Shown one piece after another: positions 28,456 to 45,083 of a DNA stretch of 64,000 nt. A program made the position numbers and the translations under genes. The notes below the pieces were generated by a model. The model was not told the DNA's origin. It searched no databases and saw only the letters and a program-made list of their open reading frames with translations. How positions within the stretch are numbered: the stretch's first letter is position 1; the number at the start of each line of letters is the position of its first letter. The stretch is taken from positions 15,360,001 to 15,424,000 of the forward strand of contig CP068257.2 in assembly GCA_009914755.4 (NCBI GenBank), read 5' to 3'. This DNA is from the human T2T-CHM13v2.0 reference genome, Homo sapiens.

Positions 28456-29174
28456 AAACATTCAGTCATTAGCTTCATATCATTGAAATTAATTTTAAAC
28501 TCTTTTATCCATCCAATGATGTTGCAAAGTCCATTTGATTGGCACCTGCATGTGTCCCAGAAACCAAATGAACTGATTTGGGTTACCTCTATCCTGCCAC
28601 TCCTTGCTCTATGTATATTTTGAGTAACACTAAAGAAATCACTGAGGCAGAGAGAGGTTTGTCTTCCACTAGTCAAAACATGGGCACATGTGTGAAGACT
28701 ATTTTTATTTAAAAAAAAAAATACATAGAAACATTGGATGAGGAATTAAAAGTGGTTCAAGTTAACCATAGTGCATGTCATCAGAACTTTGGGGGCATTG
28801 AGAGTTTTGGCCACACAAGATTTGTGCTTGAAAGAAAATGTGCAGACCACAAAAAATAAAGAGTACACACTTCAAATTACAAGAAAATTTATATTTTAAA
28901 TTGTGTTCAATATTATCAACAAATTACAAGACTAATGCTTACACATTTATGATTTAAATGGCACCAAATTTTTCATTATAGCTAAGAATAATTCTTCCAC
29001 TGGCCATTTATTTCTTATATTATCTAGGCTGATTATTCCTCAGTTAAAATTCCCCATTTCTCATATTATCCAGTCTGATTATCCCCCAGTACTAAAGTGC
29101 TATGTCAAAATATTGGGTATTTTCCTTATGAGGCCACTGTTAATATACATGTAGTAATTTGAAACAGCCTCTTG

Positions 29175-29187
29175 AGACTTATACAAT
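29175..29187. repeat. Target-site duplication (5' copy) of the full-length L1: 'agacttatacaat'
   Basis: The 13/13 identical string recurs immediately after the L1 poly-A tail at 35313–35325. Confidence 0.85.
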
Positions 29188-30188
29188 TGGAATAGGAACA
29201 GCTCCAGTCTGCAGCTCCCAGCGTGATCAATGCAGAAGACAGCTGATTTCTGCATTTCCAACTGAGGTACCTGGTTCATCTCATTGGGACTGGTTGGACA
29301 GTGGGTGCAGCCCACAGAGGGTGAGCTGAAGCAGGGTGGGGCATCGCCTCACCCGGGAAGTGCAACGGGTTGGGGGATTTCCCTTTCCTACCCAAGGGAA
29401 GCCGTGACAGACTGTACCTGGAAAAATGGGACACTCTTGCTCAAATACTGGGCTTTTCCAATGGTCTTGGCAAACGGCACACCAGGAGATTATATCCCAC
29501 ACATGGCTCAGTGAGTCCCATGCTCAGGGAGACTTGCTCACTGCTAATGCAGCAGTCTGAGATTGACCTGCAAGGCAGCAACCCAGCAGGAGGAGGGGCA
29601 AACACCATTGCTGAAGCTTCAGTACATAAAGTGTCGGGAAGCTCGAACTGGGCAGAGCCCACCGCAGTGCAGCAAGACTGGCTGCCTCTATAGACTCCAC
29701 CTCTGGGGGCAGGGCATAGCTGAACAAAAGGCAGCAGAAACTTCTGCAGACTTAAACGTCTCTGTCTGACAGCTCTGAAGAGAGCAGTGATTCTCCTAGC
29801 ATGTTGTTTGAGCTCTGAGAACAGACAGACTGCCTCCTCAAGTGGGTCCTTGACCCCTGTGTAGCCTAACTGGGAGACACCTCCCAGCAGGGACCAACTG
29901 ACACCTCATACAGGTGGGTGCCCCACTACAAAGCTTCCAGAGGAAGGATCAGGCAGCAATATTTGCTGTTCTGCAATATTTGCTGTTCTACAGCCTCCAC
30001 TGGTGATACCATGGCAAACAGGGTCTGCAGCAAACTCCAACAGACCTGCAGCTGAAGGACCTGACTGTTAGAAGGAAAACTAAGAAACAGAAAGGAATAG
30101 CATCAACATCAGCAAAAAGGACATCCACACCAAAACCCCATCTGTAGGTCACCAACATCAAAGACCAAAGATAAATAAAACCACAAAG

Positions 30189-31197
30189 ATGGGGAGAAAC
30201 CAGAGCAGAAAAGCTGAAAGTTCTAAAAACCAGAGCACCTCTTCTCCTCCAAAGGATCACAGCTCCTCGCCAGCAATGGAACAAAGCTGGATGGAGAATG
30301 ACTTTGATGAGTTGACAGAAGTAGGCTTCAGAAGGTCGGTAATAGCAAACTTCTCCAAGATAAAGGAGGAAGTTTCAACACATCGCAAGGTAGCTAAAAA
30401 CCTTGAAAAAAGATTAGATGAATGGCTAACTAGAATAAACAGTGTAGAGAAGATCTTAAATGACCTGATAGAGCTGAAAACCATGGCACGAGAACTACGT
30501 TACACATGCACAAGCTTCAATAGCCGATTCGATCAAGTGGAAGAAAGGGTATCAGTGATTGAAGATCAAATTAACGAAATAAAGCGAGAAGAGAAGTTTA
30601 GAGAAAAAAGAGTAAAAAAGAAATATGGGACTATGTGAAAAGACCAAATCTACATTTGATTGGTATACCTGAAAGTGAGGAGGAGAATGAAACCAAGTTG
30701 GAAAACACTCTTCAGGATATTATCCAGGACAACTTCCCCAACCTAGCAAGGCAGGCCGACATTCAAATTCAGGAAATACAGAGAACACCACAGATACTCC
30801 TCGAGAAGAGCAACCACAAGACACATAATTGTCAGATTCACCAAGGTTGAAATGAAGGAAAAAATGTTAAGGGCAGCCAGAGAGAAAGGTCGGGTTACCC
30901 ACAAAGGGAAGCCCATCAGACTAACAGCAGATCTCTCTGCAGAAATCCTAGAAGCCGAAGAGAGTGGGGGCCAATATTCAACATTCTTAAAGAAAAGAAT
31001 TTTCAACCCAGAATTTCATATGAAGCCAAACTAACCTTCACAAGTGAAGGAGAAATAAAATACTTTACAGACAAGCAAATGCTGAGAGATTTTGTCACCA
31101 CCAGGTCTCTCTTACAAGAGCTCCTGAAGGAAGAACTAAACATGGAAAGGAACAACCAGTACCAGTCACTGAAAAAAAAAAAAAAAAACACAAATTG
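30189..31197 (+). pseudogene. L1 ORF1 (ORF1p: coiled-coil, RRM-like and CTD regions), inactivated
   Basis: An intact reading frame runs only for codons 1–149 (30189..30638). Homology then continues in other frames (30635..30850 'MKRPNLHLIGIPESEEENETKLENTLQDIIQDNFPNLARQADIQIQEIQRTPQ…'; 30852..31034 'MKEKMLRAAREKGRVTHKGKPIRLTADLSAEILEA…'). So there is at least one frameshift and internal stops. Confidence 0.9.
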
Positions 31198-31262
31198 TAA
31201 AAACCATCAATGTTAGGAGGAAACTGCATCAATTAACAGGCAAAATAACCAGGATCATCGTA

Positions 31263-35283
<4,021 letters not shown>

Positions 35284-35302
35284 AAATAAAAATTAAAAAT
35301 AA

Positions 35303-35642
<340 letters not shown>

Positions 35643-36289
35643 ATGACTTCCTGTAACATTAATTAGATTGTTTCTCACACCACCTCCATGAAAATCAGTG
35701 GGGGTAGTTTTTCAAACTGAAGATTTTTGGTACCTCCCTTGGATCTATTTAATATGAAACTCTGGATCATGGCTTACATTTCTGAATTCTTAACAAATCC
35801 CTAGACTTTCTCTTGTACCACTGCCAATTGCCCTCTGTCGAGGTTTCATAAGAAAAATATATTTGCAGTTTCTACTTAACTTCATTTTACAACTTTGGAG
35901 CAAATATATATCACTCAGGTACTGGGAAGAGGAATAAAGGGAGCAGGAGAATGAGGAAAAGAAGCGAAATCTAATGAGATTATGAAAGGGAAGCCTCAAT
36001 AGGAGAGAAATGCTGGCAGAAATTGTCTTCTAAGTTCACAATTTTGCCATCATATCCAACCATGTTTTTAGTACTACATTCTTGGGATAAAGGGGAGATA
36101 TCAGCTTCTGGGAGGACTTTTGTCCCTTGTTATGTTTCAATACTGGTGAGAAATCTTCACTGAGTAGCAGTAGCTGTGGTCACTTGATGTAGAGGGGACA
36201 GAGCTTGCTAATCCCTTTAACACATTAACTGTTAATGCTATTATTACTCATGATGTTACTGTTCTTTGGAACCTGTTTGTACTGAAGCA

Positions 36290-36580
36290 ATATCTTTACG
36301 TTACTTTTATTTTTTATTATTTGTCTTTAACTTTTATTTTAGGGTTTAGGGGTACATGTGCAGGTTTTTTATATAGGCAAATTGTATGTCACGGAGGTTT
36401 GGTGCACAGATTATTTCACTACCTAGCTAATAGACGTAGTGCCTGATAGGTAGTTTTTTGGTCCTCACCCCCCTCCTACACTTTACCCTGAAGTAGGCTC
36501 CGTTGTTTGTTGTTCCCTTCTCTGTGTCCATGTGTACTCAATGTTTAGCTCCCACTGATAAGTAAGAACATGCTTAAACT
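36290..36580 (-). mobile_element. L1 3'-end fragment (older L1PA/L1PB-like), minus orientation
   Basis: 'ttattttttattatttgtctttaacttttattttagggtttaggggtacatgtgcaggttttttatataggcaaattgtatgtcacggaggtttggtgcacagattatttcactacctagctaatagacgtagtgcctgataggtagttttttggtcctcacccc…tgtccatgtgtactcaatgtttagctcccactgataagtaagaacatgc' is the reverse complement of the L1 ORF2 end/3'UTR ('…gcatgttcttacttatcagtgggagctaaacattgagtacacatggacaca…gcacatgtaccc…'). Confidence 0.85.
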
Positions 36581-38165
36581 ACTTACTTACTGCTGATTAT
36601 ATCATTACTCATGGTGCTATATCATCCATCATGCTGCCGATAAATATCCGCACTCATTGTCTCTCTCAAAAGTTCTACTATGCTTTGTTGATGATGACCA
36701 TAAGTGCAAGTCTTACCCAGAGGATGCAAGAAACTAAATGGTAATTTGCTTTCTGGTCATGTTATATTTGCCATTTGGAATTCAATATTGCAGTCACATA
36801 TCAACATATTTTCACCCGCTCACTTCTACATATTGCCAAAAGCAGAAAGGATAGACAAGTCTCTATGTGGGGTGATAAGAATGACCTCATTTTGTACAAA
36901 GAATATCTGTCCGTTGTCAACCATGTGTTAAGACCAACCCAGGAGAGTATGACATCAGTGAAGCATTAGTGTTAAGGAGAAAATAGTCTTAAAGTCCTCA
37001 GAGGACGTAGAAGGAGACAGGAGCTGAGGCCATTTCTGGAGGATTACCTGACATGCAGCATGGAGGCTCAGAAGGATTGGGGTAACCGCTGTGAATGTCA
37101 GTGGTCGGTCTGCACAGAGTAAATGATGCCTGCTTGTTACCTCTGTGTATGAGTGCGAGAGACTGGAGACCGCACTATTGTCGGAACAGATATGTTCGTG
37201 AGCCATTGTGTTAGCCCACACTGTTGCTTAAGCCTAAGGGGTGGTAATGAGCATGGGCGGCCCACAGCCTTAAAGTCTTCCTGCAGTCCACAATGTGCAT
37301 GAGGGTCACTCAAATTCAGTGTGTAAACACTAACACAGCTGTCCAGTCTTATGCAACCATGCAAACAAATAGACCACCACCACCACCAACAAAAAACCCA
37401 TCACTCTGGCCAGTGAGCATGATCTTCTTGCCAGTCTGGGCTCCTGGAACTAGGACCTGGAATGGGGATCAGGGACAACTCCATAGGAACAGAGCTCAGA
37501 GCTCCTTGTGACATCTGGTCAACCTCACCCACTGAGTAGAATATTGAAAAGTGTCCCCCCGGAAGAGAACTGGGGCTCAGTTCAGACTCAGATGCTTCAC
37601 ATAAAATGCACTGAATTCTCAGATATGGGAGAAGGGCTTAGAAAATGTGAAAATGACACACAAAGGCATAAAACTTTGTTAATCTCAGACCAGGGAAGGG
37701 GCCTGGTTTGCATGGACTTAAGAAAAGTAGTCTTGATAATAAAGCTCTAATGTTAAAGGGCTGATGAACGGACATAAACCTTGGTCAATGTTAATCTCTT
37801 TCAACAGTGCTTAAAATTTCTTTTTGATTAATTCATGACAATAACGGTATGTATTTGAGGTCAGGTTAATTAAGTCTTTAAGTTCTTCAGAACAGACTGA
37901 TCTCTGTCCTCTCTACATCAGCATTGCTTTCTTTTCCTCATGGAGGAAGAAATGAGGTTATTCAAGAATGATGCATTTGACAATGAAGAACAGGAAGAGA
38001 TGGATCCTAGACCTGAAGCTAAAGAGTTAGTGCCTCAACCCTGTAACAAAACTTCATGTGCACTGATGGAACAATATTTTTAAAAAATAAGTACCCTTCC
38101 CTACTTCTATTTTAAATCATCATTAACAAATCACTATTCTTCATGTGGAACCATACATTTTTTAA

Positions 38166-38218
38166 TAAATTTGTAATCAAATTGTAATAAATTTTGTAAT
38201 AAATTTGTAATCAAATTG
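38166..38218. repeat. Small tandem repeat (~22-bp unit ×2.4): 'taataaatttgtaatcaaattg'
   Basis: 'aataaatttgtaatcaaattgtaataaattttgtaataaatttgtaatcaaattg'. Confidence 0.8.
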
Positions 38219-38331
38219 CCCTTAGTTCTCTCTTTCTCCACTATGAGGGCATGAAACTTATGGCCCTCCACAGAGAGGGCCATAAGACATAAGAAAGTTG
38301 TCAACCATTCCAAATCATTATCTAGACAGGT
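38216..38331 (+). repeat. Copy 1 of a ~110-bp dispersed direct repeat (family unknown)
   Basis: 'ttgcccttagttctctctttctccactatgagggcatgaaacttatggccctccacagagagggccataagacataagaaagttgtcaaccattccaaatcattatc' is ~88% identical to 39620–39725. The two copies encode the same artefactual peptide on the minus strand (…HALIVEKERTKG… in ORFs 38134..38340 and 39457..39720). Confidence 0.85.
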
Positions 38332-38401
38332 GCCTCCCAAAAATATTTACCTGGAGGACTTCAAACCCTAGTGGTGGACTTGATTATCAATTCCCTTCCA
38401 G

Positions 38402-38405
<4 letters not shown>

Positions 38406-38433
<28 letters not shown>

Positions 38434-38434
38434 C
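38406..38434. repeat. (CT)n microsatellite
   Basis: 'ctctctctctctctctctctctctctctc'. ORFs 38298..38492 and 38368..38619 include its translation (SLSLSL / REREREr). Confidence 0.95.
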
Positions 38435-39619
38435 TGTTCCCCACTCCTCAACCTCTCCTCTATTCCAACTGGTATCTCATAACTATCAGTGAAGCTGGAA
38501 TGAGAGACTACATCTATGATCTCATCTGATGATTTTATGTCCTGATTTTGTCCTGATTTTTTTAAGAAACAATTATTGTTGACGTTTGGAATCTTACCAC
38601 AGGGCAGGAGGATAGACATAGCTAGGGTTTACTGATGAAGAAGTTAAAGTCTTGTCTGTCTCATAAAGCTAACTGAATAACAAATGTATCGCTTAAATAT
38701 CCAAACGGTGTAGCTGGCTTATTAAAATGGTGTGGGCTGAGAGACTAATTGTGACCTCTTTCCTCGTTATGTTTTTGCTTGAAAAAGTACTCAGCTTGCT
38801 TTCGGTTGTCCATATGTTGGTGAAGATGCCTGATTGTATGAAGCTAAAGTCTTCTAAACAACAAAAGTTGAGGGTGACTTAAAACTGTAATCATTTAGCT
38901 TTGGAAATAAACTTTGTGGAGAGGAAATTAATATTAACTTAAAATGCTGGAAAAAGCATAAAGAAATCAATCCATACCTACAAAGTGTATTTCTTGAAAT
39001 CTTGCTTATGATATTTTCCTCTAAGATATATATCTATATAAAACTAATTTGAAAATAATAAATTCCCCACTATATTTTAACAAATATTTTTAGGTATTTT
39101 GTTTAAAATCCTTGACTGTTAGGCTGCATTGTCTGTTTTGCTTCTTTACAATAACTTGTGCTTGAGGAATACAGACCTGCTAAGGTTGATTGGGTGAAAG
39201 CCATTACATTTGGCAAAGTGCCTTGGATAAATCAACGAATTCCTGAAGGCCTGGCCTTTAGATTCAAACCTCTGTTAGCACGTAAGAAGGAAGCAACGTG
39301 TCATTTCTGAGTGACATGTTGTCCCAAGAAGACATAACATCCAGCTCCATTCTACCACCTAAAAATGGCTCTTGCGAGCTCTCTTATCTCCTGTCCCCAT
39401 TAAACTCTAATGCTTTATCTGGTATGAGTGAGAAACAAATGGTACTCAGCAGAAACCTAGATAACTGATAAGTCAAGGTCAGTGGTCCCAAAGAGAGCCC
39501 CTTTAGTTTTCTCCTTAAAAGAAAAAGACAGCTGAAAAAAGCAGATTTCACAAAATGGGAAATGGAAAACATATTGTATGCATTTAAAATGGGTGATTTG
39601 AATGCAAAGGAAATCCCTT

Positions 39620-39725
39620 TTGCCCTTAGTTCTCTCTTTCTCCACTATGAGGGCATGAAACTTTAGAAGGTACCGAGAGGGCCATAAGACATGAGAAAAT
39701 TTCCAACTATTCCAAATCATTATCC
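39620..39725 (+). repeat. Copy 2 of the ~110-bp dispersed direct repeat
   Basis: 'ttgcccttagttctctctttctccactatgagggcatgaaactttagaaggtaccgagagggccataagacatgagaaaatttccaactattccaaatcattatc'. Confidence 0.85.
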
Positions 39726-41932
39726 ATATGTGGATTTTAAAAACCGTTACTCCTATGAGATTGTTTTTTAATTTCTAAGGCTCCACAGGGCATTCTTTGT
39801 CTTATATCCTGTATTCCTCCTTTGTTTGGATGTTATAAAGCAGTACTTAAACTCTATAGTTCATTCTGATGAATAGTTTTATTTACTCAGGAATATGATC
39901 TTCATCTCAAAAGAACTAGATGTAGCATTTGATACAAAGGTCACCACTGCTATATTGCTTACAAATTACGAATTTAATAGCACTTCTGTCTTCCTCTTTA
40001 CCCCTACCATCCATATAGGACTAGTGTGAAAGAAAGACCTGTTCTTCTGGCAGGTTGAATATAAAACACTGGAGTTTTTGTTTAAATGAAAATCGTTTCA
40101 TTTTTCATTTCTGAAATCAAACCAATGGCCTCTCAGTGGTTCAATTAATGCATATGAAAACTTGATGGAAGCTGTAACTTACTACTGCTGTTACGTTATT
40201 CTTTAGAAAATATGATATTTTAAAATACATTTTCAATTTACCACATTCTATGCTAAAATATTTTAAACTAAAATTTTCTATCTATCAAAGATTATGGCCA
40301 ATCATCAAGTAATTAAGAGAATCTGTAATATAAGTCAACAAGTCAAGAAGATCAAAAAGAAGAAAAACTGTGATCCCTGCTCTGTCCTATGTAGTTGTGG
40401 GTTCAGTGAGAGGTATGCTTTCAAAAAACAATCATTAATAAATTATGAAGAAATCACCATTTAGACTGCCCTCTAGTGTTTGTAAATTCAAACCCAGATT
40501 GGATGTGAAGCAGTGAAGAGACCAGAGAACACATAACCCATGTCACTGAGTATCCACTGCTGGCTCCAGCCAATATTTTCCAAGTAGGACTGTGGTCCTT
40601 GATTTGCCAATTCTTCTGGATTCTCCAAAATGTCAGTTCAGGTTTTGTATTGAAATCTATCAATTTATCAATGTTGGCCCCTAACTCCATTTTTAAATAT
40701 AACATTCTGTGAACCAAACTAAAAACATCTGCAGGCCAGATGTGGCCAAAAAGCTATCAGTTTGCAAGCCCTATTCTAGATTAGTGACTTCTAACCTTGT
40801 TTACTATCAGCAACTTTCAATTATTCACGGCTTCTGCATTTAACATTCATCCCTATATATCTCCTTCTCCCTTCTACTTATTTGCTGGGGTGTGATGGGC
40901 TCTTCAATACATTGTTTCCCAACAAAACGCCACTTAGTCTGTGGAAATATACTTCTCTAAGCACATAATCACGATTCAAAGTTATAATAAACCCTATGAC
41001 ATATCTGTAGGATACAATTTGGTGAGGATGAGAACAGTCAAATAGATACACAATTGAAAGAACTGTAAGTAAAATATTAATAGTGAATTCCTCTGAGTAG
41101 TGAGAGGATGAGTACATTTAAAAAGATAAATATCTGTGTTTTGGCAATAAATTAATATTATATATATATTCATTGCAAGAGTTTTCAATTACTTAGCCTT
41201 TTTGGCTATGATCAAGTGAAAGAGTTTTCAGAGTACGTTTCTCTGGGTGGTGAAGGAGAGGGATGTATGGGGAAGAAAGTATTAGAAGAAAATTTATTTT
41301 TTCTGAAAGAAATTGACAAGATTGATGATGTTCATGCCTTTTCAAACATGAATATGTATCTTGCCATTTAAAAAAATTATAAATGTTGTAAGCATAAAAA
41401 CTAATGTCCATCAACAAATAAATACAATTTAATTATTTTTCTTTTTATGCTTACAATCCACTTTGACAAGTTGGAAAAAAAATGTGTTTTGTCTCAGAAA
41501 ACCCAGAAGAGAATGTCCACAGAGTGAACAGACCTATCCCGTGGAAATTCACATTCACTAATTCAGATTGTGTTTACTCCTCCAAGCTTCACCACCTTCT
41601 TCCCAAAATTAAATGACCACATCTTTATAAAACAGTGTTATCTGTTATTTCACAGGCATTTAAAAACATTTGAATAAATTATGGCACACAGATGAATGCA
41701 GATGGTTAAGAATAAAAATTGTATTCATTTTCAAGTTGACTATTAAATTTCTTTTTAAATTTACCCTTTATTTTTCTTTCAAGAGAACCTCCTGCTACTT
41801 TTCTGTCTCACAGTCATATCTTTTCTATCTTTTCTTTTACTGTTTTGCCTTTTCTTTCCTCATTTTTCGTTATTTTTCCACTTATGGGTGGATTTTGACT
41901 ACAAGTGACAAAATGCCTAAGAGTGATTTTAA

Positions 41933-42266
<334 letters not shown>

Positions 42267-43024
42267 CCAAACAGAATTATTTTTTCTCAAAAAACGAGAA
42301 GTCAAAAAATTGGCATTTTCTAGCATTAGTTTGACTGTTCTGAGATGCCATCAGGACCTCATATCTTTCCATTCTCTCACTCCACCATTATAACAGTGCT
42401 GACTTTCATCTTCATGTTTGTTACTGCATGGTTGCAAGCTCCAGTTCATGCTACAACTTCAGATATTGCATCAATATTATAATGTAGAAGAAATGTGAAA
42501 AGCAGTACTAGACACTCTGTCCTTTCATCAAGAAAGATAAAGCTTTCCCAGAATCCCTAGGAAACATTCACTTTGATTTTATTGGTTACATATAACCATT
42601 CAAACCATTAGAACTATAAATGTCACATGGTCAAACTTAGCTGCATAGGAAGCTGGAAAAGAGAATATACACCTGAAGATATTGTTGCATCATATAAAAT
42701 CCAGGATTTGTTCACATAAGAAGAGGAAAGTATATATTGGATAAGCAACTAACAGTACTTGCCACAATGACCTACTCAAAGGGTAGCAAATATTGCCTAT
42801 TTTTATATATTCACTAATTCAATTGGGCTAACAGAGGACCCAGTAAGACCCTTACATAACTATTTGAAAAATAAATTTAAATAATCTCTAATTAGTATAA
42901 TGGGTGTTCTTAGTGCAGTGGGTACTTTTAAAGTGCTTTGTGGCTTTTGATGAAAATTGTCTTAGTATTTAAAACTTTTTCTTACCCAATTTTTTGTTCC
43001 CATCGAATTAGCAATGCTGTAAAG

Positions 43025-43450
43025 AAAGGCATCTTATTCCATTTTTTGTTGCTATAAAGGAATACTTGAGGCTGGGTAATTTATAAAGATGAAAAGTTTA
43101 TTTGGCTCGCAATTCTGGATGGCTGGAAGGTTAAGTACTGGGCCACAGCATCTGGTGGGGGCCTCGAGCTGCTTCTAGTCATAATGGAAGGTGAAGGGTG
43201 TAAAGATCATGTGACAAGGGAGGAAAGAAGAGAAGGAAGGAGGTGCTGGTTCTTTCTATCAAACAATTCGCAAGAGAACTAATAGAGAAAGAACTCACTT
43301 AGCCCTGTGGGAACACATTAATCTATTCATAAGGGATCTGGCTGTATGATACAAACACCTCCCATTAGGCCCCACCTCCAAATTGTATCCCATTGGGGAT
43401 CAAATTTCAAAAAGAGATTTGGAAGGAACAAACAAACCATATCTAAGCCA
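43025..43450 (-). mobile_element. ERVL-MaLR solo LTR (MST/MLT1-like)
   Basis: '…ttttttgttgctataaaggaatacttgaggctgggtaatttataaagatgaaaagtttatttggctcgcaattctggatggctggaaggttaagtactgggccacagcatctggtgggggcctc…cacctcccattaggccccacctccaaattgtatcccattggggatcaaatttcaa'. The segment 'ctgagactgggtaatttataaagaaaagaggtttattggctcacagttc' is the reverse complement of the MST/THE1 LTR 3' end. Confidence 0.8.
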
Positions 43451-44099
43451 TAGTAAAAGGAATGGCTTTTCAAAGGTAAAATTTACTGAGTGTATTAATA
43501 TTTTACCAATTTCCAGCCAGGAGAGTATGAATGTTGCATTATTACATTGCTTTGAAACAAAGCATTATTCTTAATTCAGAAGTTTAAATTCAGATGTTAA
43601 TGTTGCATATTTAATAATGCACAACCAGTACTAAAATCCTCATTGAAATGACAAATAATTTTATTTTGAATCCCTTATAGAGGTTCACAATGTTTTAACA
43701 ATGTAGTTTTGACTAAATAGAAGTAGTCAAAACCTGTCAGATTGGAAATAGTATTTATAAAACATAAACAACTCGTAGTAGGATCCCACATTGCCAAAAA
43801 TAATAATAATGATGATTTCAAACAATCCTGATCTTCTGATTTGCAAGATTGGTAAATTCTTTCAGGAAAGAAATTGCTTAACTCAGAAGTTCCCACGGTT
43901 GCTTTTCTATTCTAAATCTTCTGGGATGTAGAGATGTCAAGATTGTGAAAGAGTTTAAATCACTTTTTTCTCCCACTTATGCCATACATCTTAACTTTTC
44001 TCTCTTCCTTCAGGTCTTCTCTGTGCTATGCAGATTGTTCCTTACCTCTCTCCCTTCATCCTTTCTTTTTCCTTGTCATCTTACCAATCTACCAATTGT

Positions 44100-44760
44100 T
44101 TCCCTTTTGAATTTCCTTGAAGATTGCTCCGGGTCTCTCTCAGAGAGTGGTGCCCCTGCCTGGGCCTTGCTTGGCTCCTGGCTCACTGCTGGGCTTGCTC
44201 CACCCACTCGGCCTGGCTGGCTGCACTCAGCTTGTGCCACTGGCTGGGATTCTGCACCTGCCATGGTTCTGTGCTCAGCCTGTGGCTGGCCTGGGCATGC
44301 TGTGACCATCTTTCACCTTGGATGCTGGCGTCTGGATGAGGAGGATGCAGCAGTGCCCCAAAACTAGGAGATGCCAGCAACTGCAGAACCCCAAGGGGTG
44401 TTATGGCTCTTGCCTGGGGAGTCCTGAGGTCTGAGTCCAAAAGGGGCATTACCGCTGTCTCTCCTTCCTGCTGCCCACAGTGCCACGAGCAGGAGGGACG
44501 TTTCAGTTCATTTGTGTTTCAGCTCATTCAGTGCAACCCAGCTACAGCCCATGGCTCCTGGACTGGCCCAGCCCCACCACTGCTTCCCATCATATATGTG
44601 GTGCAGCCACCCAGTATCGGTGGAAGGCACGAGAACTACAGTGTTACAGCACCTTTTGCACCCACTGTTCAGTGGGTCCTGGGTTCTTGTCTCATGTCCA
44701 AGGAGAATGAGATTATGTGGACAACCAGAGAGTGAGCAAGGCAGAGGAGGGTTTTCTTGA
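44100..44760. other. Unclassified GC-rich, stop-codon-poor block inside a larger anomalous segment (~43945–45098) that ends in an A16 run. Candidate degraded LTR or retroposed fragment. Not a CpG island.
   Basis: There is a sharp composition shift relative to the AT-rich flanks. Six overlapping ORFs of 62–140 aa lie on both strands (43945..44367, 44076..44309, 44183..44449, 44403..44735, 44508..44816 and others). These are expected from GC-richness and indicate no coding. CpG is rare in it. Confidence 0.4.
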
Positions 44761-45083
44761 GCAACAGAACAGCACTTGATACAAGATGGGACCTGAAGTG
44801 CATAGTCCCTACCCAAAGGTGGGTAGTCTCAATGTGTCACTGAGTCTGGGGTTTTTATGGGCTCAGAAGGGGGAAGTGTGTGTTGATTGGTCCATGGCCT
44901 GGAAAAAGCACCATTCAGTTGGCTAAAAGGCATTAAGGAAGCTCTCACTCCAGTTGTGGACTCTGGCAGCTCAGTTTTTAGGCTTTAAGCTGTCTTTGGC
45001 TTGAAGGTCTGGTTTCACCAGGGACCTGCCCTGTCTGCCTAGAAATTTGTCTGCCTCCTGATGCTATCAATTTCCAGTTCCAG

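Noticed and set aside
30189-30638. 149-aa ORF with a proper ATG and a basic, lysine-rich C-terminus. It could be taken for a novel small nucleic-acid-binding protein gene.
   Set aside because: It is the N-terminal half of L1 ORF1p (MG…NRK…SSPA.EQSWMENDFDEL…) inside a 5'UTR-ORF1-ORF2 L1 body. The frame breaks at 30638 and homology continues in other frames. It is a retrotransposon pseudogene and not a host gene.
36950-37760. This segment was considered as a CpG-island promoter.
   Set aside because: There are only about 9 CpGs in ~800 bp, and GC is well below island thresholds by eye. It is reported only as a modest CpG-retaining anomaly.
37941-38084. A short acidic ORF 'MEEEMRLFKNDAFDNEEQEEMDPRPEAKELVPQPCNKTSCALMEQYF' (47 aa) that could be read as a small exon or micropeptide.
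   Set aside because: It is below any length where chance can be excluded in 64 kb. It has no upstream acceptor ('…ttttcctcATGG' lacks AG), no Kozak-supported context, and no downstream donor that I can argue for.
44076-44816. A dense nest of mutually overlapping ORFs on both strands (up to 140 aa), reminiscent of overlapping-gene or toxin–antitoxin arrangements.
   Set aside because: Overlap in all frames on both strands is the signature of GC-rich, stop-poor DNA and not of genes. No start-context, splice or codon-periodicity evidence is visible.
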